Of a DNA stretch of 24,000 nucleotides, positions 8,448 through 17,054 are shown one piece after another. Each line of letters opens with the position of its first letter. The first letter of the stretch is position 1. The DNA comes from Cuspidothrix issatschenkoi CHARLIE-1 (GTDB lineage: Bacteria; Cyanobacteriota; Cyanobacteriia; Cyanobacteriales; Nostocaceae). The notes beneath the pieces are model-generated. The model worked only from the letters and a program-made list of their open reading frames with translations, was not told where the DNA came from and made no database searches. The position numbers and the translations under genes are program-made. The stretch covers positions 1,137-25,136 of the forward strand of contig NZ_PGEM01000095.1 of the NCBI RefSeq assembly GCF_002934005.1, in the 5' to 3' direction.

Positions 8448-9530
8448 ATGACCACAACCTTACAACAGCGTTCTAGCGCTAACGTATGGGATCGCTTCTG
8501 CGAGTGGATCACCAGCACCGAGAACCGCATCTATATCGGTTGGTTCGGCGTCCTAATGATCCCAACCCTGTTAGCAGCAACCACCTGCTTCATCATTGCA
8601 TTCGTAGCTGCTCCTCCCGTTGACATTGACGGTATCCGCGAACCAGTTGCAGGTTCATTACTCTACGGAAACAACATCATTTCCGGTGCAGTAGTTCCTT
8701 CCTCCAACGCTATCGGTTTGCACTTCTACCCAATTTGGGAAGCTGCTTCCTTAGATGAGTGGTTGTATAACGGTGGTCCTTACCAGTTAGTAGTATTCCA
8801 CTTCTTGATCGGTGTATTCTGCTACCTCGGTCGTGAGTGGGAACTTTCCTACCGCTTAGGTATGCGTCCTTGGATCTGCCTAGCTTTCTCTGCTCCTGTA
8901 GCAGCAGCTACCGCAGTATTCTTGATCTACCCCATCGGTCAAGGTTCATTCTCTGATGGTATGCCTTTAGGTATCTCCGGTACATTCAACTTCATGATCG
9001 TGTTCCAAGCAGAACACAATATCTTGATGCACCCCTTCCACATGTTGGGTGTAGCTGGTGTATTCGGCGGTTCCTTGTTCTCTGCAATGCACGGTTCTTT
9101 GGTAACATCTTCCTTGGTTAAAGAAACAACCGAGAACGAATCACAAAACTACGGTTATAAATTCGGTCAAGAAGAAGAAACCTACAACATCGTTGCAGCA
9201 CACGGTTACTTCGGTCGCTTGATTTTCCAATACGCTTCTTTCAACAACAGCCGTTCCTTACACTTCTTCTTGGCTGCATGGCCAGTAGTTGGTATCTGGT
9301 TCACAGCTTTGGGCGTAAGCACCATGGCGTTCAACTTGAACGGTTTCAACTTCAACCAATCCATCATTGACTCTCAAGGTCGTGTAATCGGTACTTGGGC
9401 TGATGTAATCAACCGCGCTAACTTAGGTATGGAAGTAATGCACGAGCGCAACGCTCACAACTTCCCCTTAGACTTGGCTGCTGGTGAAGTTGCTCCTGTT
9501 GCTTTGAGCGCTCCTGCAATCAACGGTTAA
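8448..9530 (+). CDS. psbA: Photosystem II reaction-centre protein D1 (360 aa), E130 (D1:2-type) isoform
   Basis: The D1 sequence is unmistakable throughout (MTTTLQQR...[22 protein letters not shown]...[24 protein letters not shown]). Codon usage is GC-richer than the neighbours, as in highly expressed genes. Residue 130 lies in ...[18 protein letters not shown] and is Glu. Confidence 0.98.
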   Translation: MTTTLQQRSSANVWDRFCEWITSTENRIYIGWFGVLMIPTLLAATTCFIIAFVAAPPVDIDGIREPVAGSLLYGNNIISGAVVPSSNAIGLHFYPIWEAASLDEWLYNGGPYQLVVFHFLIGVFCYLGREWELSYRLGMRPWICLAFSAPVAAATAVFLIYPIGQGSFSDGMPLGISGTFNFMIVFQAEHNILMHPFHMLGVAGVFGGSLFSAMHGSLVTSSLVKETTENESQNYGYKFGQEEETYNIVAAHGYFGRLIFQYASFNNSRSLHFFLAAWPVVGIWFTALGVSTMAFNLNGFNFNQSIIDSQGRVIGTWADVINRANLGMEVMHERNAHNFPLDLAAGEVAPVALSAPAING

Positions 9531-9564
9531 TAATTAGAGCTTTTTAATAAGCTTAATTAACAAG

Positions 9565-9599
9565 AAACGCCCTCCAGAAATGGGGGGTGTTTTTGTTTG
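9565..9599 (+). terminator. Rho-independent terminator after psbA, shared with the convergent minus-strand operon
   Basis: AAACGCCCTCC (9565-9575), loop AGAAAT, GGGGGGTGTTT (9582-9592) form an 11-bp stem (two G-U pairs) followed by TTGTTTG. The minus-strand gene ends at 9615, so the hairpin sits between convergent genes. Confidence 0.75.
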
Positions 9600-9614
9600 A
9601 TCAAGAAAAAAGTG

Positions 9615-10310
9615 CTACTGTACACCAACTGCTCTGCCTTCGGAACTAAAAATAATGGGACTCTCAGGCGTTTTTGGTTCCCAACCCACATCAAAACCCG
9701 CTTTCCAGGCAATTTCTCTAACTTGACGAAAAGTAGCAAAACTATCGGGTCTGACCAAAAATGCTAAATAATCTTTCTGAGGTGCAAATTGAGATAAAGT
9801 TCTCCGATATTCAGAATTAACTTGAGTTAGTTCTTTACCTGATTCTCCACTATTAACTGACTTAGGGTTATATTGCCACGCACCAGAATCTAAATCAACT
9901 AATTCAACTTCATAGTTTTTTGTTTCTACTAGCAACTCCTTTAACTGTTGTAATTTATGTTCCATACAACTTTGATAATTTCTTAATTCATCAAGATAAC
10001 TGTCAATAAATCCCGAAATATAACTAGGTCTAACACAAGTAGGTAAATTACCAAGAAATTCTTTAATTTGTTGATCAGCCGATTCAGTATCTAAGTAAAT
10101 AACTCGATTATCAGTAATTTCAAAAAAGTTTGGTTTTTTATTAGTTTCCTTTGCCAGTGGAGTCCTGACTATTGTACTCGATTGCACAGCTACTAAAGTA
10201 ATAAACAGACTCATAAACATTAATACCCCAACAGTATTAGTTAAAATATCCAAGAAGGAATCTAGATTTTGTTGGGGGCGCTGAGATGCAAAATAACGTT
10301 TTCTTTTCAT
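9615..10310 (-). CDS. ExbD/TolR-like single-pass membrane protein (paralog 2, with ~100-aa insertion), retains the TM Asp
   Basis: The listed ORF start at 10406 is a TTG. An ATG at 10310 (MKRKRYFASQRPQQNLDSFLDILTNTVGVLMFMSLFITLVAV) gives a basic N-terminus plus TM, 19 nt after the upstream stop. FLDIL aligns with the ExbD/TolR IDVMLVLL proton-relay Asp. The C-terminus YLAFLVRPDSFATFRQVREIAWKAGFDVGWEP is paralogous to the upstream gene. Confidence 0.6.
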   Translation of the reverse strand: MKRKRYFASQRPQQNLDSFLDILTNTVGVLMFMSLFITLVAVQSSTIVRTPLAKETNKKPNFFEITDNRVIYLDTESADQQIKEFLGNLPTCVRPSYISGFIDSYLDELRNYQSCMEHKLQQLKELLVETKNYEVELVDLDSGAWQYNPKSVNSGESGKELTQVNSEYRRTLSQFAPQKDYLAFLVRPDSFATFRQVREIAWKAGFDVGWEPKTPESPIIFSSEGRAVGVQ

Positions 10311-10329
10311 ATTTATACCAATATTATTT

Positions 10330-10791
10330 TTAAATGTTTCCTTGGATTTTGAGTTGCCATCCTTCGTCAATAGGTTCATAACCAATATCAATTCCTTCAG
10401 ACTCAATTAATGCTCTGATTGTTTTAAATACTTCAATACCATCAGGGCGAATTGCGACGATTAGATATTGTTTATCTCGATTAGTTTTGACCTCTGTTAA
10501 TAAAGTTTGTAATGGAGAATAGGAACTGTTAACTCGAGTTATAGCTACAAATTCTTGGTTAGGATAGAGAACAATCCCATCACTACGGCATTCAATATAA
10601 CGGGGTTGTTTACTCTGATTTTGTCCATTCTCTGTTTTAGCAACAATAGTAATTTGTCTTTGATTGCTAAATGTTTGAGCAGTCAGAACCATCAGTAATA
10701 AAATAAGTACACCTATGGTACAAAATAAAATTGAAAGAAAAGGGAATAATTCAACTTCCGTAACAGCACCATTGCTAATTCTTCTTGGCAT
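10330..10791 (-). CDS. ExbD/TolR-like single-pass membrane protein (paralog 1), TM Asp replaced
   Basis: The listed start at 10821 is a TTG that overlaps the upstream gene. An ATG at 10791 (MPRRISNG...) lies 4 nt after the upstream TAA. TM segment LFPFLSILFCTIGVLILLLMVL. The periplasmic part IECRSDGIVLYP...QYLIVAIRPDGIEVFKTIRALIESEGIDIGYEP fits the ExbD fold pattern. Confidence 0.6.
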   Translation of the reverse strand: MPRRISNGAVTEVELFPFLSILFCTIGVLILLLMVLTAQTFSNQRQITIVAKTENGQNQSKQPRYIECRSDGIVLYPNQEFVAITRVNSSYSPLQTLLTEVKTNRDKQYLIVAIRPDGIEVFKTIRALIESEGIDIGYEPIDEGWQLKIQGNI

Positions 10792-10795
10792 AAAT

Positions 10796-12196
10796 TTATG
10801 AACGCTTTTCTTCAGATTCAACTAATGTAATCCGTCGCGGTTTATTCAGTTGTTCTAATGCTGGTCTTAATAATGCAAGATTTGCACCCACTTCTCCTAA
10901 TACCTGTTCTAATTGTGCTGTTTTTTCTAATGTGTGTAAACCCTGTTCTAAACTATCCTGAAATTCGACAATCCTCGCTACCTGAGCAGCACAATTCTCT
11001 AAGGCTGCAATCCGACTATCTAAAGCCATTGCTGCTTTCTGGAGTCCTTGAGAAATTTGTTCTGTGTGCGCTGTGAAATTATGATTAACGTTTTGGTAAT
11101 TATCTTGAATTGCCTGACTAATTTGTTGAATCTCTTGGATAATTTCTTGACTGGATTTTTCTTGCTGGGCTAATGTATTAACAAAAATTTCCCTATCTTT
11201 AACAGCCATTTGATTGATATAACTCATGTGCTGTATCAATTTATTGGTCGTTCCTTGGATTTTTTCTACCTCAGTTAAAAACCCCTGAGTTAAAGCTTCT
11301 GCGGCCTGTTTAGCATATTCTTGGGCAGGTTGAATTAATACTTCTGGTGTTGGAAGATGTTTCTTAAATGCCTGGGATATAGCATCATTAACTAGGGCTT
11401 TATTGAAGTTCTCGGTTTCTTTGAGACGAGGTAATATTTTGTCATTGATATAAATATCAATTGCCAGTAGTAGCCGTGATTCTTGTCTTTCTACTAATAC
11501 CAAAGGAATCATCACTAATACGCTAACAAATAACGCTAGAAGTGTTGTATCAAATGCTACTGCTAATCCACTGGTAACAGTTCCAATGCCCTGCTTAATT
11601 TGTTCAATATCACTGGATTGCTGTAAGAATCCACTAAAACCATTGACCGCACCACTAATACCAACAACTGTACCGATAAATCCCAAGAGGGGAATTGCCC
11701 AGACTAAAATACGAGCTACGGAATAGGAGGTTTCTGCGGTGCTGCTGTAAAATGCCGAGTCTTCCATTGCACATTCAGTAGCCGTTTGGCGATTTCCTGA
11801 GACTATATATGCTGCAATCACCCGACTACAACGACGAGCTAATAAGCTTTTTTCCTTAATTAAAGACTGTCGAATTTGTTCTAATTGCAGAGATCTAAAA
11901 TTTTCAAATGAAATAGTGTCAGGAATTAAATCCTTGTTAAATGCCCTTAATTCACTCTGAATTTTGATCACCTTGAGAATAGTAATAGTTACTACCATAC
12001 CGCCAAAAAATATGGCGAGAATTTGGGTAAATCCCCGTTCATATAACAGAGTACCTAAAAATGTATTTTTAATGGGGAATACCGCAGCATAGATGCCAAA
12101 GGTAACTATTAATCCTATGCTTAAAATAAGCCAAAGTTTGATATCTAATTCTCGGCGGTCTGATTTACCAGGTAAGTTAAGATATTTTGCCGTCAT
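10796..12196 (-). CDS. MotA/TolQ/ExbB-family proton-channel protein with a ~225-aa C-terminal coiled-coil tail
   Basis: ATG start. Four TM segments: aa ~20-40, 57-77, 163-185, 210-236. Signature helices VWAIPLLGFIGTVVGISGAVNGF and GLAVAFDTTLLALFVSVLVMIPLVLV. Residues 241-466 are Q/E/A-rich with a heptad-like helical pattern (for example QEIIQEIQQISQAIQDNYQNV). Confidence 0.85.
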   Translation of the reverse strand: MTAKYLNLPGKSDRRELDIKLWLILSIGLIVTFGIYAAVFPIKNTFLGTLLYERGFTQILAIFFGGMVVTITILKVIKIQSELRAFNKDLIPDTISFENFRSLQLEQIRQSLIKEKSLLARRCSRVIAAYIVSGNRQTATECAMEDSAFYSSTAETSYSVARILVWAIPLLGFIGTVVGISGAVNGFSGFLQQSSDIEQIKQGIGTVTSGLAVAFDTTLLALFVSVLVMIPLVLVERQESRLLLAIDIYINDKILPRLKETENFNKALVNDAISQAFKKHLPTPEVLIQPAQEYAKQAAEALTQGFLTEVEKIQGTTNKLIQHMSYINQMAVKDREIFVNTLAQQEKSSQEIIQEIQQISQAIQDNYQNVNHNFTAHTEQISQGLQKAAMALDSRIAALENCAAQVARIVEFQDSLEQGLHTLEKTAQLEQVLGEVGANLALLRPALEQLNKPRRITLVESEEKRS

Positions 12197-12279
12197 AATT
12201 TTTAGATATTTGTTGATTCTCAGTTTTGTGTGTTTTAGTGTCTGGGGCTATCACTCGCTAATTAAACATCAAGAAATAG

Positions 12280-13797
12280 TTAATTTGCATTTTCCAGATA
12301 GTTTAATCCCCACTGATACAAAGAACGCATCAATAAGTTATTCAAATTCGGAGGAGTGCTGATTTCTTTGAGTACATCAATCATCAAGTTTTTAATGTTT
12401 TCTGAAGTTGTTGGTATATATACACCTGAAAAGTTATTATTAGCCCAGATATTACCAATTTTTGTTGAAGTTATAGATTCCCCCTTATGAATAATTTCGT
12501 TGCGCTTTATTCTAATAGCCTTTAACAATTTTGACCATTTATTATCTTGGTGAATTTTTTTGTATAAACACCAACCTTGCATTAATTCTGCTAGACTTGG
12601 TTCATCTTTATTACTTACTATCCAACCTTTAGCAGTCCAATTTTGGGCTGTTGATTGAATATATAATAACCGTTCTAAAATTTGCACAAACTGAATAAAT
12701 GCAGTAGTGTAATTTTCTCGTTTTAGAGAAAGTTCTAAGATGATTGTTGATTCCCAAAGTTTGCTAAGATCATCAGCTTGCATTTTTTGGAGTTTGGTTT
12801 TCCAATTTTCAATTTGTGCAGAATCAACTACATTAGTAACATCATCATTATTTAACCATTTTTCCAATTTGCGGTAAAAATCATGATTAGATTCCCAATT
12901 ATTATATTTTGCTAAAAAACCAGCTAATTTATATAATACTGAATGACGACTTTCATGAACTTTTAGCCAAATTTGGGCTTCTGAAAAATCACCTCTTTCC
13001 CAAGCTGATTTAATCTTTACCTTTTCTAACGCCCAGAAATATTCACTCATAGTAATAGCTTGAAAACTCTGGGAGTGATTAGCAGTAACTAAACCATTTT
13101 CTAAAGTAGTAAAAAATTCCTTTGGTTCATCGGGACTAGCATTAAATACTTGATATTGACGTACTAAAGCGGCTGCACAAATTTCTACATTAGAAGCAAT
13201 TACAGGGGTACATCCTTTAGTTTGAATCCAGAGAATAAATTCTTGATTTTTGTTAGCATTGATAGCTTCTTTTAAAACCAGTTGTTCTAATTCTTCTCGA
13301 ATTTCATCACTATTACCAGCGTTAATTTTTGGGGCGTGAACATCAACTCTGACATCAGGAAATAAACTTTTAATTTTTCCCTTCATTAATTCTGCTAACC
13401 ATAAAGTATCTAATCGGCGAAAATTCCAGGTAATACTTTCCGGTTGGTCTGTTCCCCATAGGATAATATGTTTTAAACCTTGTTTTACTCCTCCTTCAAT
13501 GACAGTTTTATCTAACAATAATTCGACATTACTAAAATCACCGCCTAACCATTCTTGACAGTAATCATAATATCTTTTACCTAAATCTCGACCACTCCAA
13601 GGATAGGTTTTACCATCTTCATCTTGATGTTTATCCCGTTCTATTCCTAGTTCTTGATAGAGTTCGTTGATATGTGGAGGATAACTAATATTACCATCTG
13701 CACCAAAGGAACGGATAACACCATCTTTACACCGCCATCCTATTTGTCTAGTTCCTACAGTGATGATGAGGGTGCTAACTTGATTTGTTGTTTTCAT
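12280..13797 (-). CDS. CARF-domain / HEPN-domain type III ancillary RNase candidate (Csx1/Csm6-like), paralog B
   Basis: ATG start. N-terminal strand STLIITVGTRQ, then LWGTDQ, then IQTKGCTPVIAS, a Rossmann-like CARF pattern. The C-terminal helical domain carries RNEIIH (R-x4-H HEPN motif, nt 12487-12504). It lies immediately downstream of the cmr operon. Confidence 0.7.
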   Translation of the reverse strand: MKTTNQVSTLIITVGTRQIGWRCKDGVIRSFGADGNISYPPHINELYQELGIERDKHQDEDGKTYPWSGRDLGKRYYDYCQEWLGGDFSNVELLLDKTVIEGGVKQGLKHIILWGTDQPESITWNFRRLDTLWLAELMKGKIKSLFPDVRVDVHAPKINAGNSDEIREELEQLVLKEAINANKNQEFILWIQTKGCTPVIASNVEICAAALVRQYQVFNASPDEPKEFFTTLENGLVTANHSQSFQAITMSEYFWALEKVKIKSAWERGDFSEAQIWLKVHESRHSVLYKLAGFLAKYNNWESNHDFYRKLEKWLNNDDVTNVVDSAQIENWKTKLQKMQADDLSKLWESTIILELSLKRENYTTAFIQFVQILERLLYIQSTAQNWTAKGWIVSNKDEPSLAELMQGWCLYKKIHQDNKWSKLLKAIRIKRNEIIHKGESITSTKIGNIWANNNFSGVYIPTTSENIKNLMIDVLKEISTPPNLNNLLMRSLYQWGLNYLENAN

Positions 13798-13814
13798 AGA
13801 ATAAATGTTTATTA

Positions 13815-15284
13815 TTAATTAATTTTGATTTCTTGGGTTTTGAGAGTGGCTATAACTTCAGTATGCATTTGAGCAAATAAACTAGCTTTATATAGGGTAT
13901 TAAATGATTTTCCAGTGACTAAATTAATGCAATTTAAAATCCTTTTTTGCCATTGTTGTGAGTTGATTACATCCTCACCCCAAGCGATAAAAACATCTTG
14001 TTCTGCTAAACCACCTAAGCGATGAGAAAAATTATTTCTGGTGTTTCTTGCAGATTCCCAAAATGCTTGAAAATCAATATTATTTGTAGTTTGAGGAATA
14101 GCAATATTTAATAAGTCTTCCAATAACCATCCTTGTAAATTTACTTCTGTTCTGCGGTCTGGTCTGTAAAAATGTCTTTTTAAAGATGAATATTTTTGCA
14201 AAATAGAATCTTTAATTAATGGATATTGATTTTTTCTTTCTTCAATATGATTAGGAAAAGAATCAGCAGCCCACCAATATAATAGACCTTCAATAGCTCG
14301 ATAACTGTGTAACATTGCTTCTGTAGTATTCATCTGTTTCAGACGAATTACACCTAAATAAGCTTGTTCATAAGCCATCCATAATCTGCCTTCTACACTA
14401 GATATTTGTGTATAATTTCTAGCAAGAGATAAGAATCCTTCAAATTGTCCTTGATTCCATAATTTACCAGCTTTTAATAAATCAGGTATTGTTCCAAAAT
14501 TAGCAGATGGTTGTTGAAAATAAGGTTCTAGTAAATCATAAGCTTCTGTATAGTCATAGCTTTCTAATAATTTTAAAGCCTGTTTTTGGGTTCTATCCCA
14601 AAGATAGTTAGTACCTAAAAATGGACCACTATAATCTGATGGGATACCATTACGATTTGCGCGTGTATTTTCCTTAAATTCAAAGAACTGAATGCGATCG
14701 CCATAAAAACTAAGCCCTGAAATCCTTGCTGCTTCAGAAGTTTGACCTACCCCTCCTTTCAAACATACCCAAACAGACTGATTTTTATTAACAGTGATTG
14801 TATTTTTCCAAATTTTTCGCCACCAATTGAACATATCTTCAAAAATTGAGGGATTAGTACCATCTTGACCTAGTAAAATAATATGAACATTATTATTATG
14901 AAGATGACTAAATTTGTGCATCAGCCATTGTTTAATTAGTTCGGCTGAATATAATGTATCTTTTTCTCTTTGTGTGACATTTTTTTCCTGATCAGTAGCT
15001 ATCAAATAAACTTTTTTAATGTTTGATACTTGTTCAATAAACATCTTACCAATAATTGGCGGTTGGATGCGATCTACATATTTTTCAATATTATCTAATA
15101 GGTATTTAGTTAAATGACGAAAATTTGTATTATCCTTTAAACCCAAATCAGAAATTACTTCTAATTGTTCAGCAATAATTTCTCCATTTTGGACTCTATC
15201 ATTACCAATATTGAACCATGCACCAGAGGCAATTTGGAACATTAAATCTCTAGTGCCAATTGTGGCGATTAAAACTGATTTCAT
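13815..15284 (-). CDS. CARF-domain / HEPN-domain type III ancillary RNase candidate (Csx1/Csm6-like), paralog A
   Basis: ATG start. MKSVLIATIGTRD, LIATDQ and CLKGGVGQTSEA form a CARF-like pattern. The C-terminal RNNFSH (R-x4-H, nt 14022-14039) sits in the context ARNTRNNFSHRLGG. It starts 39 nt after the cmr6::cmr1 stop. Confidence 0.7.
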   Translation of the reverse strand: MKSVLIATIGTRDLMFQIASGAWFNIGNDRVQNGEIIAEQLEVISDLGLKDNTNFRHLTKYLLDNIEKYVDRIQPPIIGKMFIEQVSNIKKVYLIATDQEKNVTQREKDTLYSAELIKQWLMHKFSHLHNNNVHIILLGQDGTNPSIFEDMFNWWRKIWKNTITVNKNQSVWVCLKGGVGQTSEAARISGLSFYGDRIQFFEFKENTRANRNGIPSDYSGPFLGTNYLWDRTQKQALKLLESYDYTEAYDLLEPYFQQPSANFGTIPDLLKAGKLWNQGQFEGFLSLARNYTQISSVEGRLWMAYEQAYLGVIRLKQMNTTEAMLHSYRAIEGLLYWWAADSFPNHIEERKNQYPLIKDSILQKYSSLKRHFYRPDRRTEVNLQGWLLEDLLNIAIPQTTNNIDFQAFWESARNTRNNFSHRLGGLAEQDVFIAWGEDVINSQQWQKRILNCINLVTGKSFNTLYKASLFAQMHTEVIATLKTQEIKIN

Positions 15285-15323
15285 ATTTAATCAATTTGTA
15301 TTTAGTAGGATTTTATTAGAGTA

Positions 15324-17054
15324 TTAAATTTCTGCTGGAGGTTGTACACCAAATAAATGTACATTACCATTCATGTTTCCTAAATCACGGAGAAAGCGCG
15401 ATCGCACATGAGTGGCATTTGGTGTTTGTCCACCCATAAATAAACAAACAATTTCTTGACAGTCGGTTTTTTCCTTTTGGTTGGGAATATTTATCCGTTT
15501 AATACTTGCCCAAGAACAATGTCCATTTCCTCCACCCGCTGCATTACCACCTAAATCTGGATTACGCTTATAATTTCGTGGGTGATTCTGATGATAAATT
15601 AAATACATTCCATCTCCACGAGTTGCTTCAGCATCATCTCTCTGATTCCATTTAATCGAAGATGTTTCTATAGGGTTGACATCAGGACCAGGAACTACAT
15701 AAATTGCACAGGTGGTAGGTGAAAAAACTTCTGCTTTGATATTACGGTTATTTGTTGATACTCTATCCTGCCAATGATTTCTTGCTTCTGTAACCCAATC
15801 ACTATAAGTTTTTGTCCAAGTTGTTGTATCAAGAGGTAAACCGAAGTTTTTAGATTTCAGTTCACCACTGTTTTGATCTTTTAATTTATGAGTCAATATT
15901 AACTGTGTTCCTCTAGAAGCTGCTCGACCAGTATTCATGTTAAATATATGTAATGGTCTACGCCAACCCCGACCAACACCGCCAACCATGACTGCAAAAC
16001 GAATTATTGGCAAAATGATTTTATTGAGGATATCTTTTGGTGCGCTAATTTGTAATTTACCTTTCCATAGATAAAAAAATGGTTGATTCTCAGACCTTTC
16101 TCCCCATGTTTTACCTTGAATCATTTGCAGACGTACACAACCTTTGCGACTCTTCCCATCTCCTGCATCTATCTCTCCCATCAGTTCAGCAACAGTCAAT
16201 TTAGCGAGATTTTCCGGCATTACTCCCAAGAAAAACCGCATTAACCAAGAGCGCAGCCAACCCCGCCAATGTGAAGGACGTAATTCCATTGTTTGAGTAT
16301 GTGGACCTGCGCTACCTTGACTATAAAGGCTAAATTCAAATTGTTTGACAGCATGGCCAGGATCAAGGGTAGGAGTTTGTGAAGAACTGGAAGTTTTTAA
16401 ACCGCCATATCCAGAAGCAGTACGACTACCAACACCATATAAACCTAGTGCCTGTTGCACCCATTCCCAAACCTCGTTTACTTCCTCTTCTGTAGCTTTT
16501 CCTGGTATTCCTCTCATTGCAACTATCACAGCAATTCTATCTTTACCATTACCTAAAGTATAAAGAGATAATGGTGTACATTGTCCCTGATGATATACCT
16601 GAAATTCTTGTTGAGGATTAACAATATCTAAACTTAATTTAGTTGCCGTTTCTGGCCAAGCATCAAGAAATTCAATTTTCCCAGCAGTAATTTTATCATT
16701 GTCTTGATGCCCTAAAAGCTGGTACATTCTTGGTTTAATTTCTGGTCTTTGTTTTGCCCATGCTCTTACTAAACCTCGGATACAAGAACCTGGAATATAA
16801 CCATGTAAAGGTAAATTTTTCAATGTTTCCCAATTTTGACTAACATTCCGTTTATCTTCTGGTCGTCCTTGATTTGGCCTCCACGCACCACAGGGTTCAC
16901 CAGCAGAAACTATAGTTTCTACATCTGGATGGGGAAATGAACCAACTTTAGCACGCCATTGAATCGTAAAAGTGTCTTTTTTAAATAAGCCAGATTGCGA
17001 TCGCTTTTGATGTTGCTTTTCCAGTAAATTAATTAATTCAATACCTGTATACAT
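15324..17054 (-). CDS. cmr6: Fused RAMP protein: N-terminal Cmr6-like module plus C-terminal Cmr1-like module
   Basis: The track start at 17090 is a TTG. An ATG at 17054 is preceded by AGGAGG at a 5-nt spacing and overlaps the cmr5 stop as TAATG. N-terminal module: YIPGSCIRGLVRAWA, IEFLDAWP, LSLDIVNPQ, GVGSRTASGYGGL (Cmr6 pattern). A Ser-rich linker follows (TSSSSQTPTLDP). C-terminal module: MELRPSHWRGWLRSWLMRFFLG and VGGVGRGWRRP (Cmr1-type pattern and G-rich loop). Confidence 0.8.
   Translation of the reverse strand: MYTGIELINLLEKQHQKRSQSGLFKKDTFTIQWRAKVGSFPHPDVETIVSAGEPCGAWRPNQGRPEDKRNVSQNWETLKNLPLHGYIPGSCIRGLVRAWAKQRPEIKPRMYQLLGHQDNDKITAGKIEFLDAWPETATKLSLDIVNPQQEFQVYHQGQCTPLSLYTLGNGKDRIAVIVAMRGIPGKATEEEVNEVWEWVQQALGLYGVGSRTASGYGGLKTSSSSQTPTLDPGHAVKQFEFSLYSQGSAGPHTQTMELRPSHWRGWLRSWLMRFFLGVMPENLAKLTVAELMGEIDAGDGKSRKGCVRLQMIQGKTWGERSENQPFFYLWKGKLQISAPKDILNKIILPIIRFAVMVGGVGRGWRRPLHIFNMNTGRAASRGTQLILTHKLKDQNSGELKSKNFGLPLDTTTWTKTYSDWVTEARNHWQDRVSTNNRNIKAEVFSPTTCAIYVVPGPDVNPIETSSIKWNQRDDAEATRGDGMYLIYHQNHPRNYKRNPDLGGNAAGGGNGHCSWASIKRINIPNQKEKTDCQEIVCLFMGGQTPNATHVRSRFLRDLGNMNGNVHLFGVQPPAEI

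Noticed and set aside
8448-9530. psbA as a cyanophage-derived cargo gene
   Set aside because: No phage structural, integrase or att-like features flank it. The sequence and its terminator look like an ordinary chromosomal psbA paralog.
9615-12196. Calling the MotA-like cluster a Zorya system
   Set aside because: The partners are ExbD/TolR-like rather than MotB/ZorB-like (no OmpA-type peptidoglycan-binding domain). No ZorC/D/E-type gene is present. Only the long-tailed MotA architecture is analogous.
12093-12362. 89-aa plus-strand ORF spanning the CARF-HEPN/MotA-like intergenic gap
   Set aside because: It is antisense to the ends of two well-supported genes, hydrophobic and low-complexity, with no independent support.
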